Assembly: GCA_964291405.2 (NCBI GenBank)
Contig: OZ219926.1
Coordinates: 1,312,001-1,376,000, forward strand
DNA: 64,000 nucleotides
DNA from: Thermodesulfobacteriota bacterium
GTDB lineage: Bacteria; Desulfobacterota; Binatia; Bin18
Reading direction: 5' to 3'
In this document: positions 10,186 to 19,919 of the stretch, piece by piece
Layout of the letters: each line of letters starts with the position of its first letter
Numbering within the stretch: the stretch's first letter is position 1
Made by a program: the position numbers and the translations under genes
The notes under the pieces: model-generated
Told to the model about the DNA's origin: nothing
Seen by the model: only the letters and a program-made list of their open reading frames with translations
The model's database searches: none

Positions 10186-10692
10186 ATGATGAGAAAGACC
10201 GGCATATTTATACTTGTAGCCGTGTTCACTCTGTGTGAATGGAGCGGCTGGATGGCTGGCGGCTGGGCACAGCCCCAAGGTCCGCCCGCCCGTCATGCGC
10301 CTCCCGGTCTGCGCCTTGAGCGCCTAGTCGAGGAGTTGGGGCTTGATGCGCAAACCCTGGTCCAGGTAGACGCTATCATTGACGCTTCCCGTAATAAGAA
10401 GCGGACTCTGCGGCGTCAATTGCGGGAAGCACGCAAGCAGATGCGCAGCCTGTTGGAAGCAGAAGAGCCCCAGGAAGCCGAACTGTTGGAGCAAGCCGAC
10501 CGTATTGGTGGCCTGCGGACGGAACTCCGTAAAGAGCAATTAAAGACCATGCTCCGCGTCCGCGCTCTGCTGAGCCCGGAACAACGCGCTAGGCTGCTCG
10601 AACGGCTCAATAAGGGCCCCCGGCACGGCCGGCGTGGATTTGGTCGGCATCAGGGCTTCCAGTCCGCTCCCCCGCTGGACCCATCACAGTAA
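10186..10692 (+). CDS. Spy/CpxP (LTXXQ) periplasmic chaperone / heavy-metal-sensor family protein
   Basis: Signal peptide MMRKTGIFILVAVF, ELGLDAQT, LLSPEQR motif, helical composition. Confidence 0.8.
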   Translation: MMRKTGIFILVAVFTLCEWSGWMAGGWAQPQGPPARHAPPGLRLERLVEELGLDAQTLVQVDAIIDASRNKKRTLRRQLREARKQMRSLLEAEEPQEAELLEQADRIGGLRTELRKEQLKTMLRVRALLSPEQRARLLERLNKGPRHGRRGFGRHQGFQSAPPLDPSQ

Positions 10693-10716
10693 CCCGGAAC
10701 CCGTCCGGGCGTGTCT
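10689..10716 (+). promoter_or_regulatory. candidate ECF sigma promoter GTAACCC-N15-GTGTCT (copy 2)
   Basis: Same boxes and spacing as 9139-9166, about 35 nt before the second Spy/CpxP gene. Confidence 0.7.
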
Positions 10717-10751
10717 AATCAAACAGACTCACAGACCAAGGAGGTCGATTC

Positions 10752-11288
10752 ATGACAAAAAGCAAATGGATCATCGTCGGTGTCAGCGTGGTGAGCGCAG
10801 GATTTTTGCTCGCCTCGCTCGCGTCCGCCCGTCCCGGACACGGGCGCTCGGGTTGGGGCGGGCCGGGGTCCTTCCCCTTGCGGGTGTTACGGCACCTGGA
10901 CCTGAGCGAGACCCAGCAGGCCAGTATCGATACGATCAAGAAGAAACATCGAGAAAACCTGACCGGTCTCAAAAAAGATCTGAGGGCGACCCGTCAAGAG
11001 ATCATGAACCGCCTCCTGGGAGAGTCGGACGTTGAAGCTGGTGACTTCACCGCCCTGCAAGCCGAGTTGAGCCGGCTTCACGCGGCCCTGCTTGAAGAAT
11101 CGCTGACAATGGCTCTAGCTATCCGGGCCGAACTGACTCCGGCGCAACGTACGGAAGCCGCGACCCGGCTTGAGGAGATGCGGGCGCGTTGGGCCGAGAA
11201 ACGCGCCAAGCGGCATCACGGGGAATGTGCCGAACGACATCACGAGGAATGTGCCGAACGGCATAAAATGAAGAATAAGGACGGCTAA
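10752..11288 (+). CDS. Spy/CpxP (LTXXQ) periplasmic protein with His/Cys-rich tail
   Basis: aaggagg RBS, signal peptide, LDLSETQQ and LTPAQR motifs, C-terminal HHGECAERHHEECAERH. Confidence 0.85.
   Translation: MTKSKWIIVGVSVVSAGFLLASLASARPGHGRSGWGGPGSFPLRVLRHLDLSETQQASIDTIKKKHRENLTGLKKDLRATRQEIMNRLLGESDVEAGDFTALQAELSRLHAALLEESLTMALAIRAELTPAQRTEAATRLEEMRARWAEKRAKRHHGECAERHHEECAERHKMKNKDG
11211..11264 (+). repeat. 24-bp tandem repeat (2.25 copies) encoding RHHxECAE
   Basis: cggcatcacggggaatgtgccgaa / cgacatcacgaggaatgtgccgaa / cggcat. Confidence 0.9.
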
Positions 11289-11307
11289 CCGCCCGGCGCA
11301 ATCAAGC

Positions 11308-11336
11308 AAAGGGGGAGCCCAGGGCGCCCCTTTTTG
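11308..11336. terminator. probable bidirectional intrinsic terminator
   Basis: aaaggggg-agcccagggcg-cccc-ttttt between convergent genes. Confidence 0.7.
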
Positions 11337-11353
11337 CGCCGAATCGACAGTCG

Positions 11354-12115
11354 CTACTGCGCCACCAGGCCACCGTCCACCTGCATCGGAATGCCGGTCA
11401 CAAACGAGGCGGCATCCGAACATAGCCAGACGACGGCTTCACCGACTTCCGCGGGCTGTCCAAAGCGGCCAACCGGCTCCATAGACACGGCAAGTTCATC
11501 GAACCCCGGAGACAATTGCGCTCCCCGTTCGACCATGGGGGTTTGAATCACTCCCGGACAGACCGCGTTCACCCGAATGCCGGATTTGGCGTATTCCAGC
11601 GCTGCGGTCTTGGTCAGACCGACCACGCCATGTTTACTCGCCACATAGTCGGGCAGGCCGGGAAAGCCAACCAGACCGGCAGCCGAAGCCGTATTGACAA
11701 TAGCCCCACCGCCCTGGCTGAGCATCTGTTGGATCTCATATTTCATGCACAGCCACACACCGGTCAGATTCACCGCAATCGTCCGGTCGAACTCTTCCTC
11801 AGTACAGTCAATGGTCGGCTTCACACCACCCTCAATCCCCGCATTATTAAACGCGCAGTCGAGACGACCATACGTCTCGACCGTCTGTGTGATCAGCGCC
11901 TCTACATCGGCAGCCTTCGACACATCAGCTTTAACAAAGAGGGCCTCTCCACCCGAGGCTTCAATCTGCTGCACGGTTTCCTGACCACCTTCAACCACAA
12001 TATCCGACACAACGACTGTGGCACCTTCTCGGGCAAAGACGAGGGCCGTGGCCCGACCAATACCGGACCCCGCTCCGGTCACGAGTGCAATTTTGTTATC
12101 CAATCGTCCTGGCAT
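11354..12115 (-). CDS. short-chain dehydrogenase/reductase (FabG-like)
   Basis: TGAGSGIG, NNAG, YVASK, NAVCPG, VDGG; true start MPGRLDNK after ggaggagg. Confidence 0.95.
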   Translation of the reverse strand: MPGRLDNKIALVTGAGSGIGRATALVFAREGATVVVSDIVVEGGQETVQQIEASGGEALFVKADVSKAADVEALITQTVETYGRLDCAFNNAGIEGGVKPTIDCTEEEFDRTIAVNLTGVWLCMKYEIQQMLSQGGGAIVNTASAAGLVGFPGLPDYVASKHGVVGLTKTAALEYAKSGIRVNAVCPGVIQTPMVERGAQLSPGFDELAVSMEPVGRFGQPAEVGEAVVWLCSDAASFVTGIPMQVDGGLVAQ

Positions 12116-12135
12116 GCTTTCCTCCTCCTGGCCTC

Positions 12136-12897
12136 CTACTGGGTGACCAGACCACCATCGACCGCCATGGGGTGGCCTGTGACAAATGAAGCAGCGTCGG
12201 AACACAGCCAGACTACTGCCTCTGCAATCTCCTGGGGCTGACCGAGCCGACCGACCGGCTCGACTGCGGCGACCGACTCCGCCAGCTGCGGATTGTGGCG
12301 AAAGGCCCGCTGGACCATGGGAGTGTCAATCACACCGGGACACACGGCATTGACCCGAATCCCGGCCTTGGCATATTCCAGCGCTGCGGTTTTTGTCAGT
12401 CCCACAACCCCGTGCTTGGCCGCAACATAGGGAGCGATGCCCTGAAAGCCGACCAGCCCGGCGACCGAAGCCGTATTGACGATGGCTCCGCCGCCCTGTT
12501 TGAGCATCTGCGGAATTTCATACTTGAGACACAGCCAGACGCCTTTCAGGTCGATAGCCACGACCCGCTCCCAGTTGGCTTCGCTGCACTCGGTGGTGGG
12601 AGACTGCTCGCCCTCAATGCCCGCATTGTTAAACGCGCAGTCGATTCGCCCATAGGTTTCAACCGCCGTGTTGACTAACGCCTCGACCTCAGCGGCTTGA
12701 GCAACATCGGCCTTCACAAAGGCGGCCTGTCCACCTGCGGCAATGATCTGCTGCACGGTTTCCTCACCGCCCTCCACCACAATATCCGAGACGACAACCT
12801 GGGCGCCTTCCCGCGCAAAAGCGAGCGCGGTTTGCCGTCCAATACCCGAGCCTGCGCCGGTTACAAGCGCAACTTTTCCCTCGGTCAGTCCTGCCAT
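12136..12897 (-). CDS. short-chain dehydrogenase/reductase, tandem paralog of 11354-12115
   Basis: TGAGSGIG, NNAG, YVAAK; same length (253 aa) and collinear with its neighbour. Confidence 0.95.
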   Translation of the reverse strand: MAGLTEGKVALVTGAGSGIGRQTALAFAREGAQVVVSDIVVEGGEETVQQIIAAGGQAAFVKADVAQAAEVEALVNTAVETYGRIDCAFNNAGIEGEQSPTTECSEANWERVVAIDLKGVWLCLKYEIPQMLKQGGGAIVNTASVAGLVGFQGIAPYVAAKHGVVGLTKTAALEYAKAGIRVNAVCPGVIDTPMVQRAFRHNPQLAESVAAVEPVGRLGQPQEIAEAVVWLCSDAASFVTGHPMAVDGGLVTQ

Positions 12898-12951
12898 ACG
12901 TTTCCTCCTGTTTCGGTTGGTTTCTTGAAAGGTGTATCAGAAAAGGGTGGG

Positions 12952-14220
12952 TCAGATGATCGGTCCTGGCGAGAAACGACACGGCAGATGCTTGATCCCA
13001 TGAATAAAATTATGCGTCAACCGCTCGGGTTCTCCGGTGATTTCAATATCTGGAAGGCGTTGAAAAAGTTCCCGGAACATGACTTCCATCTCCCGCCGGG
13101 CCAGGTTTACCCCCAAGCAGAAGTGGGCACCCGCACCAAATCCGAGATGCTCATTCGGGCTCCGGGTGATATCAAAGCCATACGGGTCCTCGAAGACCGC
13201 TTCATCTCGATTGGCCGAGGCGTACAAGAGGAGGACCTTCTCGCCCTGACGTAGCAGCTGCCCCCCGACCTCGGTGTCACAGGTGGTCGTGCGCCGCATA
13301 TAGATGACCGGGCTGGCCCAGCGGACAATCTCTTCGATGGCGGTCTTGGCATAGGCGTTAAAGTCCGACTGCCATAGCCCGCGCTGGTCCGGAAAATCAC
13401 TCAGGAGCTTGATACCGTGGCTGATCGCATTGCGCGTGGTCTCATTGCCGGCGGCAACCAGGAGTACGAAAAAAGAGCTCAGCTCCTGGTCGGTCAGACG
13501 GTCCCCATCCAGTTCGGCATGCATGAGGGCTGAGGTCAGATCGTCAGTGGGGTGCTGGAGACGCTGTTGGCGCATATCGGCCATAAGCTGGCTTAGGCTC
13601 TGACCGGCTTGTATCACCGCTGTGAATCGCTCGGCCAGATCTTCTGTCCCGTACTCGGGGTCTATACCCCCCAGGATGATATTGGTTTGCTCGAAGACAA
13701 AGGCGTGTTGACTGTCTGGAACACCCAGCATGTCGCAGATGATTTGAATCGGAAACGGCGCGGCAATGGCATCGACAAAGTCACACTCGCCCCGTTCGAT
13801 GATGGTATTAATCACCCGCCGCGCAGCCGTTCGTACGTCGTCTTCGACCTGCCGTAAGTGACGCGGGGTAAAGGCTTGTGACACGAGGCTGCGGAGGCGT
13901 TTATGCCGAGGGTCGTCCATTACAATCATGGAGCCGAAAAATTCTCGCGCTTCGGACGGAGTATCGATGATGGTAATGCCTTTGGCCGAGGAAAAGATCT
14001 GGGAATTCAGGCTGGCGTGGAGCACATCGGCATGCCGACTCAACACCCAATAGCCCGCTCCCTGTATCGGAACGCTGGTCTCACCTTCCTCAAAGAAAGC
14101 AACGGGGTGCTCTTTGCGCAACAGTGCAAAGGCACCTTCTCGTTCTTCCAGACTTTTGCGCCAGAAGTCCCAGTTCGATAGATCAATCTCGTCAACAGAG
14201 TCAGGATAGTGAAGCTGCAT
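12952..14220 (-). CDS. cytochrome P450 (CYP124/125/142-like)
   Basis: AAGNETTR I-helix, EEIVR (ExxR), heme motif HLGFGAGAHFCLG. Confidence 0.95.
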   Translation of the reverse strand: MQLHYPDSVDEIDLSNWDFWRKSLEEREGAFALLRKEHPVAFFEEGETSVPIQGAGYWVLSRHADVLHASLNSQIFSSAKGITIIDTPSEAREFFGSMIVMDDPRHKRLRSLVSQAFTPRHLRQVEDDVRTAARRVINTIIERGECDFVDAIAAPFPIQIICDMLGVPDSQHAFVFEQTNIILGGIDPEYGTEDLAERFTAVIQAGQSLSQLMADMRQQRLQHPTDDLTSALMHAELDGDRLTDQELSSFFVLLVAAGNETTRNAISHGIKLLSDFPDQRGLWQSDFNAYAKTAIEEIVRWASPVIYMRRTTTCDTEVGGQLLRQGEKVLLLYASANRDEAVFEDPYGFDITRSPNEHLGFGAGAHFCLGVNLARREMEVMFRELFQRLPDIEITGEPERLTHNFIHGIKHLPCRFSPGPII

Positions 14221-14241
14221 GCCTCGCCTTACGGCCTGAGA

Positions 14242-14748
14242 CTAATCATTGATGCATGTCCAGCCCTCGCAGACCGCGGTGACTTCATTATTCACCAGGG
14301 ATTTGATATCGGCGGCCGCCTTTTTTGAGGTCGCGGTTCGGGTGCACATATCTGTGGTCACGGTCTCGCCGACCCCATTAAAGGCATAGACCAGATATTC
14401 TTCCCCTTCCCGGAACAGCACCCCGCACAGTTCGGTGGTGGCGTACGTTTCGAGGATCAGTTGGGATTTGTCCGTGCCTTTGATCGCGGTGCCGACATCC
14501 ATTGTGACCCGGAGCGTCTCAAACTCGTACAGGTGCTCAGAGCCCAACATGGACTTCCACGCCCCGTATAGCCAGCCGTCGGCCTCAATGTGCTCGACGT
14601 TCGCGGCCGTCCCCACAAACACGACGTCGACGGCTTCCGCTCCCTGGCTGGGCGACGGCGGAGTGAGACAGGTACAGGCCTGCACCGGAATAGGCAGCAA
14701 TCCGAACGCGACAATACAGCCAACTATAAGCCCTAGGAAACGATTCAT
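14242..14748 (-). CDS. secreted TIMP/NTR-domain-like protein
   Basis: Signal peptide MNRFLGLIVGCIVAFGLLPIPVQA followed by CTC; DVVFVG, ELCGVLF..GEEYLVYA, TDMCTRT. Confidence 0.7.
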   Translation of the reverse strand: MNRFLGLIVGCIVAFGLLPIPVQACTCLTPPSPSQGAEAVDVVFVGTAANVEHIEADGWLYGAWKSMLGSEHLYEFETLRVTMDVGTAIKGTDKSQLILETYATTELCGVLFREGEEYLVYAFNGVGETVTTDMCTRTATSKKAAADIKSLVNNEVTAVCEGWTCIND

Positions 14749-14836
14749 CACGCTTCTCCCCTTTCGCGCTATTTCAGAAACGTTAGCGTCCTTTCCGTCT
14801 TGTATCAATCTCCGTCCCTTCAGAGTTTTACCCAAC

Positions 14837-16010
14837 TCAGGGCACCACGAGCGGCAAACTCTTTGGTCCTCGAACGATGAGGGATTCCATCCTGGTAACC
14901 GGCTCATCCGTGCCAGCAAGCGCGGGAAACTGAGCAGATAATTCCTCAAAAGTAATTTTGGCTTCAAGCCGGGCGAGCTGAGCACCTAAGCAATAATGAA
15001 TCCCATACCCAAATGCTAAGTGACCGTCGGTATCACGCGTAATGTCAAGTCGTTCAGGGTCTGGAAACTTCCGCTCATCTCGATTTGCCGAGGCAATGAG
15101 AAGAAAGACCAACGCATTAGCCGGTAACGTCGTCTCGGCGATTTCTATATCCTGGGTGAGCTGTCGAGGGATACCCTGGACAGGACCATCAAAGCGTAAG
15201 GTTTCTTCTATGGCGTTAGGAATAAGAGACTGGTCGGCCCACAACTTTTCCATCTGATCCGGATGATCCAAAAGGGCGAGCATCATATTGCCGATGAGGT
15301 TTGTCGTTGTCTCGTTTCCTGCCACCAGAAGCAGCATGAGCAAGCTGAGCACTTCCCATTCATCCAGCTTTTGATTCTTCTTCAGCCTGGACCAGTGCGG
15401 TAGTCAGGTCCTCACGCGGGTCGACTCGACGCGCGGCAATCACAGCTTGGAAGTAAGCACGAAACTCAGCAATACTCTCGCGAATCCGTTTTTCATCTTC
15501 GGCGGTAAACATGCGGTTGGTCGCCAGAATGAGATCGTCTGACCAGCGCTTAAAGTCCGCTCGGTCTTCGGGCTTCACCCCGAGCATCTCGGCAATAACG
15601 ATAACTGGGAGTGGGCTGGAAAGGTCGTGGACCAGGTCGAACTCAGATTTTCCAGCGAGCTGTCCGACTAGCTCCCGAGCGACCTCACGAATGCGAGGTT
15701 CAAGACTTCGAATAATACGCGGTGTAAACGCTTTATTGATCAGTTTGCGTAAGCGAGTGTGATCGGGCGGGTCGCAGGAAACCAGGGAGGGCGCCTCCGG
15801 CACAGGATTAAGGTCGCCAAGCATATTTGCCAAGAATGTAGAGGAAGAGAAAAAACTCGGGTTTTTGAGCACGAAATCGATATCGTCGTAACGGCTGAGG
15901 GCCCAGAAACCGAGTCCTTCGATCTGATAAGCTGGCGCATGTCCACGCAGGTAGGCGTAATAGGGATACGGATTTTCTTTCACTTCCGGCAGCATTGGAT
16001 TGTACTCCAT
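14837..16010 (-). pseudogene. cytochrome P450 split by a frameshift near 15375 (pseudogene or sequence error)
   Basis: N-part ends ALVQAEEE, the other frame resumes NQKLDEWEVLSLLMLLLVAGNETT; EETLR, HLAFGYGIHYCLG. Confidence 0.88.
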
Positions 16011-16063
16011 AGGTCCTCCTCTTTCGCATTTTTCGCAAACGTTAGTGCCCGTTCTGTCTCGTA

Positions 16064-16729
16064 TCAGTCGCCACCCGCCCACGTGCCAGGTCCAGTCAGA
16101 TTCGGAGGCAGCACAGCTCTCTGGGCATCTGCTGGCGTGGTCAGTTCCCGGGCGAGCGTATTTTGCGGCACAACACGTTTGCGATAAATATCAACCTTCC
16201 ACGCTGCTTCATGAACCCCCTTGCTGTCCGCATACGTAAAACGAACCCAGCGTCCACCCGGCGCTTCAAAGATATTAAAATATTGGCTCAACGTCTCAGC
16301 GAGGCGGTCGGTCTGAGACTGTAGACCAGCCTCCCACATCCTCCAAGACCAAGCATTGCCAGCTTGTCCCGACTCTCGCGCTTTGTGATCAACGTTTGAG
16401 ACGACGCTGAAATAGCCTTCACTAGGCGCATAGCTTTTGACCAAGCGAATCGCTTGTTCTTCTTTGGCGGTCATTGGCCGCTCACCACAGGCAGTTCCAA
16501 AGAAACTCAGCAGCAGAAATACAAATGGAAGTACTCCTAACCGAGACTCTGAACGTCGTCGAGAGAGACTCTCTTCTTGTTGCTGAGAACGGTGTTTTCG
16601 ACGGGATGGGGGAGGAAGAAGATCGGCAAAAATATCGTTAGCGATCTGTCTGACATCGCGCTCTTTCCTCTCAGTCGGACTACCTGTTTTCTGATATAGA
16701 CGGTCTACAGATACTTTCATCGACGGCAT
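16064..16729 (-). CDS. hypothetical membrane protein/lipoprotein
   Basis: Long ORF with hydrophobic segment LGVLPFVFLLLSFFGTAC (lipobox-like); start uncertain. Confidence 0.5.
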   Translation of the reverse strand: MPSMKVSVDRLYQKTGSPTERKERDVRQIANDIFADLLPPPSRRKHRSQQQEESLSRRRSESRLGVLPFVFLLLSFFGTACGERPMTAKEEQAIRLVKSYAPSEGYFSVVSNVDHKARESGQAGNAWSWRMWEAGLQSQTDRLAETLSQYFNIFEAPGGRWVRFTYADSKGVHEAAWKVDIYRKRVVPQNTLARELTTPADAQRAVLPPNLTGPGTWAGGD

Positions 16730-16758
16730 AGTAACCCCCCTCTTAAATTTTCTTTACA

Positions 16759-16800
16759 AAATTATTTCATACTGAAACAATTTGAATATGTCAACATATT
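16759..16800. promoter_or_regulatory. two AT-rich palindromes, candidate MarR operators in a divergent promoter
   Basis: aaatt-a-tttca-tac-tgaaa-c-aattt (16759-16783) and aatatg-tcaa-catatt (16785-16800). Confidence 0.55.
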
Positions 16801-16865
16801 ATGCTAGACGGGACCGACAGGAAGAGAGATAAAGTTCTCGTGTTAGAGAAACGGAGAGTAGGGAA

Positions 16866-17363
16866 ATGACAACAAGGGTCTCTCAGCTAGACGTGCAGAA
16901 TGATTTCCCGGCTGAGGCAACCGAGCTGTTCCTACCGATTCACTATAAGATCGGTATGGCTCTCGAAGATGTGCTGCGTTGCGACCAGTTGTCACGCAAG
17001 CAGGTTGCCATCCTGTGGCTGATGCGGTCAGAGCGAGAGGCCGATGGGCATATGCGCCGGAAAGACATTGAACGCCTCCTCGCGTCCTGGTTTGAAACCA
17101 GCAGTTCCACGATTACGCGTGCCCTACGCGACATGGCGAATGCACCGCTCAAACTCGTCCGCCTCGTTGAGGACCCAAACTCAGGTCGAGAGAAACAAGT
17201 CATTCTGACCCCAAAGGGAGAACGCTTCCTTCAGACAATGGAGGAAGAAGGGAAGAAGTTTCTCCGGCCCTTCATGGCTCAGATGCCGCCAGCGGAATCG
17301 AGAGAACTCTTTCGCCTCTTACGCAAGGGCGTTAGCCTCTTTGAGAAGGAGGCAAAACGTTGA
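16866..17363 (+). CDS. MarR-family winged-helix regulator
   Basis: LSRKQVAILWL, SSTITRAL..M, DPNSGREKQVILTPKG. Confidence 0.85.
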   Translation: MTTRVSQLDVQNDFPAEATELFLPIHYKIGMALEDVLRCDQLSRKQVAILWLMRSEREADGHMRRKDIERLLASWFETSSSTITRALRDMANAPLKLVRLVEDPNSGREKQVILTPKGERFLQTMEEEGKKFLRPFMAQMPPAESRELFRLLRKGVSLFEKEAKR

Positions 17364-17469
17364 TGTCTCAGGCAATTCTTCTGTCAAACATAGCGTAACG
17401 AGGGCGGGCCTGTTAGGGTAAAATCCTCTTTTCACCACCTATTCGCAAACAATCCAAAGGAGGAAAGGT

Positions 17470-18666
17470 ATGAGCGGCTATACGATTATTGATGTTGATA
17501 CGCATGTGACGGAGAGTCCGGACCTGTGGACGAGTCGAGCCCCGGAGAAGATGCGCGACCGGGTACCCCACGTCGAAACCGATAAAGACGGGCGTTTGTC
17601 CTGGTTTGTGGGGGGAGAGTCATTACTGGCCAACCCCGGTATGACCGCGACCGCAGGCCGCGGTAATATGCAGAATCCGCCCAAGAACTACGAGGAGATG
17701 CACCCAGGCGCGCATGATGCCCAGGAGCGACTCAAGTATATGGACCAGATGGGCATTTGGGCCATGGTGATGTATCCCAACGTCGGCGGGTTCGGCGCGC
17801 AGGAATTCTTAAAATTGAACGATCCTGAGCTGATGCTGACCTGTGTGCAAATCTATAACGACTGGCAGACCGAATGGGCCTCGGCCGACTCGCGGCGCTT
17901 GCTGCCCATCACCTCGTTGCCCTTCTGGGATGTCGATGCCGCGGTCACGGAAATACGACGGTGTGCCACCATGGGACACCGCGGTATCCTGTTCACCGGC
18001 GAGCCGCAGTTCTGGGGGCAACCCCTGCTCGGCGACCCGCACTGGAATCCCCTCTGGGAGGTCTCGATTGAGTTGAACCTGCCGATCAGCTTTCACATTG
18101 GGTCGGGCAATATGGAGCTGGGCCTGCTCAAGAACAAGATCGAGTCCTACGGCAAGATGGCGGCTTTTACCGAACTCTCCGTAGATGTCTTTTTGCGCAA
18201 CGGCATGCAGATGAACGACCTGATCATGTCCGGTGTATTGGCCCGCTACCCGGAGATTCAATTCATCTCGGTCGAGAGCGGCATTGGCTGGATTCCCTTT
18301 GTGCTCGAAGCGCTGGATTATCAGTTTCAGGACAACGGAGTCTCCAAGGACAATCCGGAGTTTGACATGCTGCCGTCCGAGTACTTCGCGCGTAATATCT
18401 ACGCCTGTTACTGGTTCGAGCAGACCGCGCCCCGGCGGCTGATCGACAAGGTTGGGGTGGATAATATTCTGTTTGAGACCGACTTTCCCCATCCGACGTC
18501 GCTCTATGGCGACGAGGTGCATAAACGGATCAAGGGTGGCTTGTCCGACTGTGAGGAGTCCGTCCGACGTAAGATTTTGTGGGACAATGCGCAGCAGCTC
18601 TATAAAGTCGAAGTCCCAACCGCACAGGACGAGGCCAAACGCGAAACCGTAGCTGTGGCGGCATAA
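17470..18666 (+). CDS. amidohydrolase_2 family metalloenzyme
   Basis: IIDVDTHV.E, YNDW, FHIG, VESGIGWIP, LFETDFPH. Confidence 0.93.
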   Translation: MSGYTIIDVDTHVTESPDLWTSRAPEKMRDRVPHVETDKDGRLSWFVGGESLLANPGMTATAGRGNMQNPPKNYEEMHPGAHDAQERLKYMDQMGIWAMVMYPNVGGFGAQEFLKLNDPELMLTCVQIYNDWQTEWASADSRRLLPITSLPFWDVDAAVTEIRRCATMGHRGILFTGEPQFWGQPLLGDPHWNPLWEVSIELNLPISFHIGSGNMELGLLKNKIESYGKMAAFTELSVDVFLRNGMQMNDLIMSGVLARYPEIQFISVESGIGWIPFVLEALDYQFQDNGVSKDNPEFDMLPSEYFARNIYACYWFEQTAPRRLIDKVGVDNILFETDFPHPTSLYGDEVHKRIKGGLSDCEESVRRKILWDNAQQLYKVEVPTAQDEAKRETVAVAA

Positions 18667-18722
18667 CACGCAAGAGCAGCGCGATAGCATGTCACAATTC
18701 CGTGGTGTCAGGGAGGGAACAC

Positions 18723-19859
18723 ATGGGACGCACGTATAATGCGATCGATTCGGATGGTCATGTCCTCGAACCGCGCAATTTCTGGCGAGAGTATATTGAC
18801 CCGCAGTATCACGATCGGGCGCCTGAGCTGATCGTCGATGGCGACGGAAAAGAGCGCTTTCAGATAGAGGGGAAATTGCTCGGCCCGCCATCCGGCCTTG
18901 GATTGATCGGAGCGATTGGCGAGCGCGAAAAGATCGACGGCAAGTGGGTTCACGCGCCGAAAGTGTCCCTCAAAATGGCCTATACCGAGGGCCGGGCGGG
19001 CGGCTTTGATCCGCACGCCCGGATTCCGGATATGGACCTGGACGGCATTGACGCCGCCTTTCTGTATCCCAGCCTGGGTCTCTTTGCCGGGGCGATTGAG
19101 GACCCTCAACTCGCCGCCGCGGCCAGCCGGGCTTATAACCGCTGGCTGGCCGATTACTGCGCCCCCTACCCGGACCGGCTGTTTGGCGTAGCTATGCTGC
19201 CCATGCAGTCGATCGAGCTGGCGGTGGAAGAGATGCGGTATGCGCGCAACGAACTCGGCATGCGGGCCGGTTTTCTGCGGCCCAATCCGTATAACGACAA
19301 AATGCTCGGCCACCGGGACTACGACGTGTTCTGGGCCGAAGCCCAAGACCTCGACTTTTCGGTCGGCATCCACGAAGGAACCGGTGGCATGCCCGCCGTC
19401 GGGGTGGAGCGTTTTCGGAGCTTTGGGGCCAAGCACATGGTGTCGCACACCATGGAGATGATGCTGGCCGCGCTCTCGATCATCTGGGACGGTGTATGCG
19501 AGCGCTTCCCCAGGGTGCGGATCGGTTTTCTGGAGTCAGGCGGGGGGTGGATGGCCCCCTGGCTGGACCGTATGGACCGCCACTTTGAGGATAAAGGGCT
19601 GTTCAACGATTCCTCGCTGACCATGCCGCCCAGCGAGTATTTCAAGCGTCAGTGCTGGATTTCGTATGAACCGGTGGAGGGCAACCTCACTCATCTGGTG
19701 GACTATATCGGTCCGCACAAAGTCCTGTGGGCGACCGACTATCCCCATCCGGACGGTTTCTTTCCAGGGGCACCGGAACAGATTGCCGAGAAGCTGCCGG
19801 ACAAACATCGGCACGCGGTGTTGGCCGGGGGCGCTATGCAATTTTACAATTTGAGTTAG
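18723..19859 (+). CDS. amidohydrolase_2 family metalloenzyme
   Basis: AIDSDGHVLEP, AYNRWL, GIHEG, FLESGGGW, WATDYPHPD. Confidence 0.93.
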   Translation: MGRTYNAIDSDGHVLEPRNFWREYIDPQYHDRAPELIVDGDGKERFQIEGKLLGPPSGLGLIGAIGEREKIDGKWVHAPKVSLKMAYTEGRAGGFDPHARIPDMDLDGIDAAFLYPSLGLFAGAIEDPQLAAAASRAYNRWLADYCAPYPDRLFGVAMLPMQSIELAVEEMRYARNELGMRAGFLRPNPYNDKMLGHRDYDVFWAEAQDLDFSVGIHEGTGGMPAVGVERFRSFGAKHMVSHTMEMMLAALSIIWDGVCERFPRVRIGFLESGGGWMAPWLDRMDRHFEDKGLFNDSSLTMPPSEYFKRQCWISYEPVEGNLTHLVDYIGPHKVLWATDYPHPDGFFPGAPEQIAEKLPDKHRHAVLAGGAMQFYNLS

Positions 19860-19919
19860 GACCTGCGGTCCCGGAGAGCTAGAGCAATTCACGGTTCCGT
19901 ATAGCCCGCCGTTCCCTTC

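Noticed and set aside
15360-15362. TGA ending the N-terminal P450 ORF as a fourth Sec site
   Set aside because: The P450 continues in a different frame (frameshift about 15 nt earlier); the TGA is not at a Cys position
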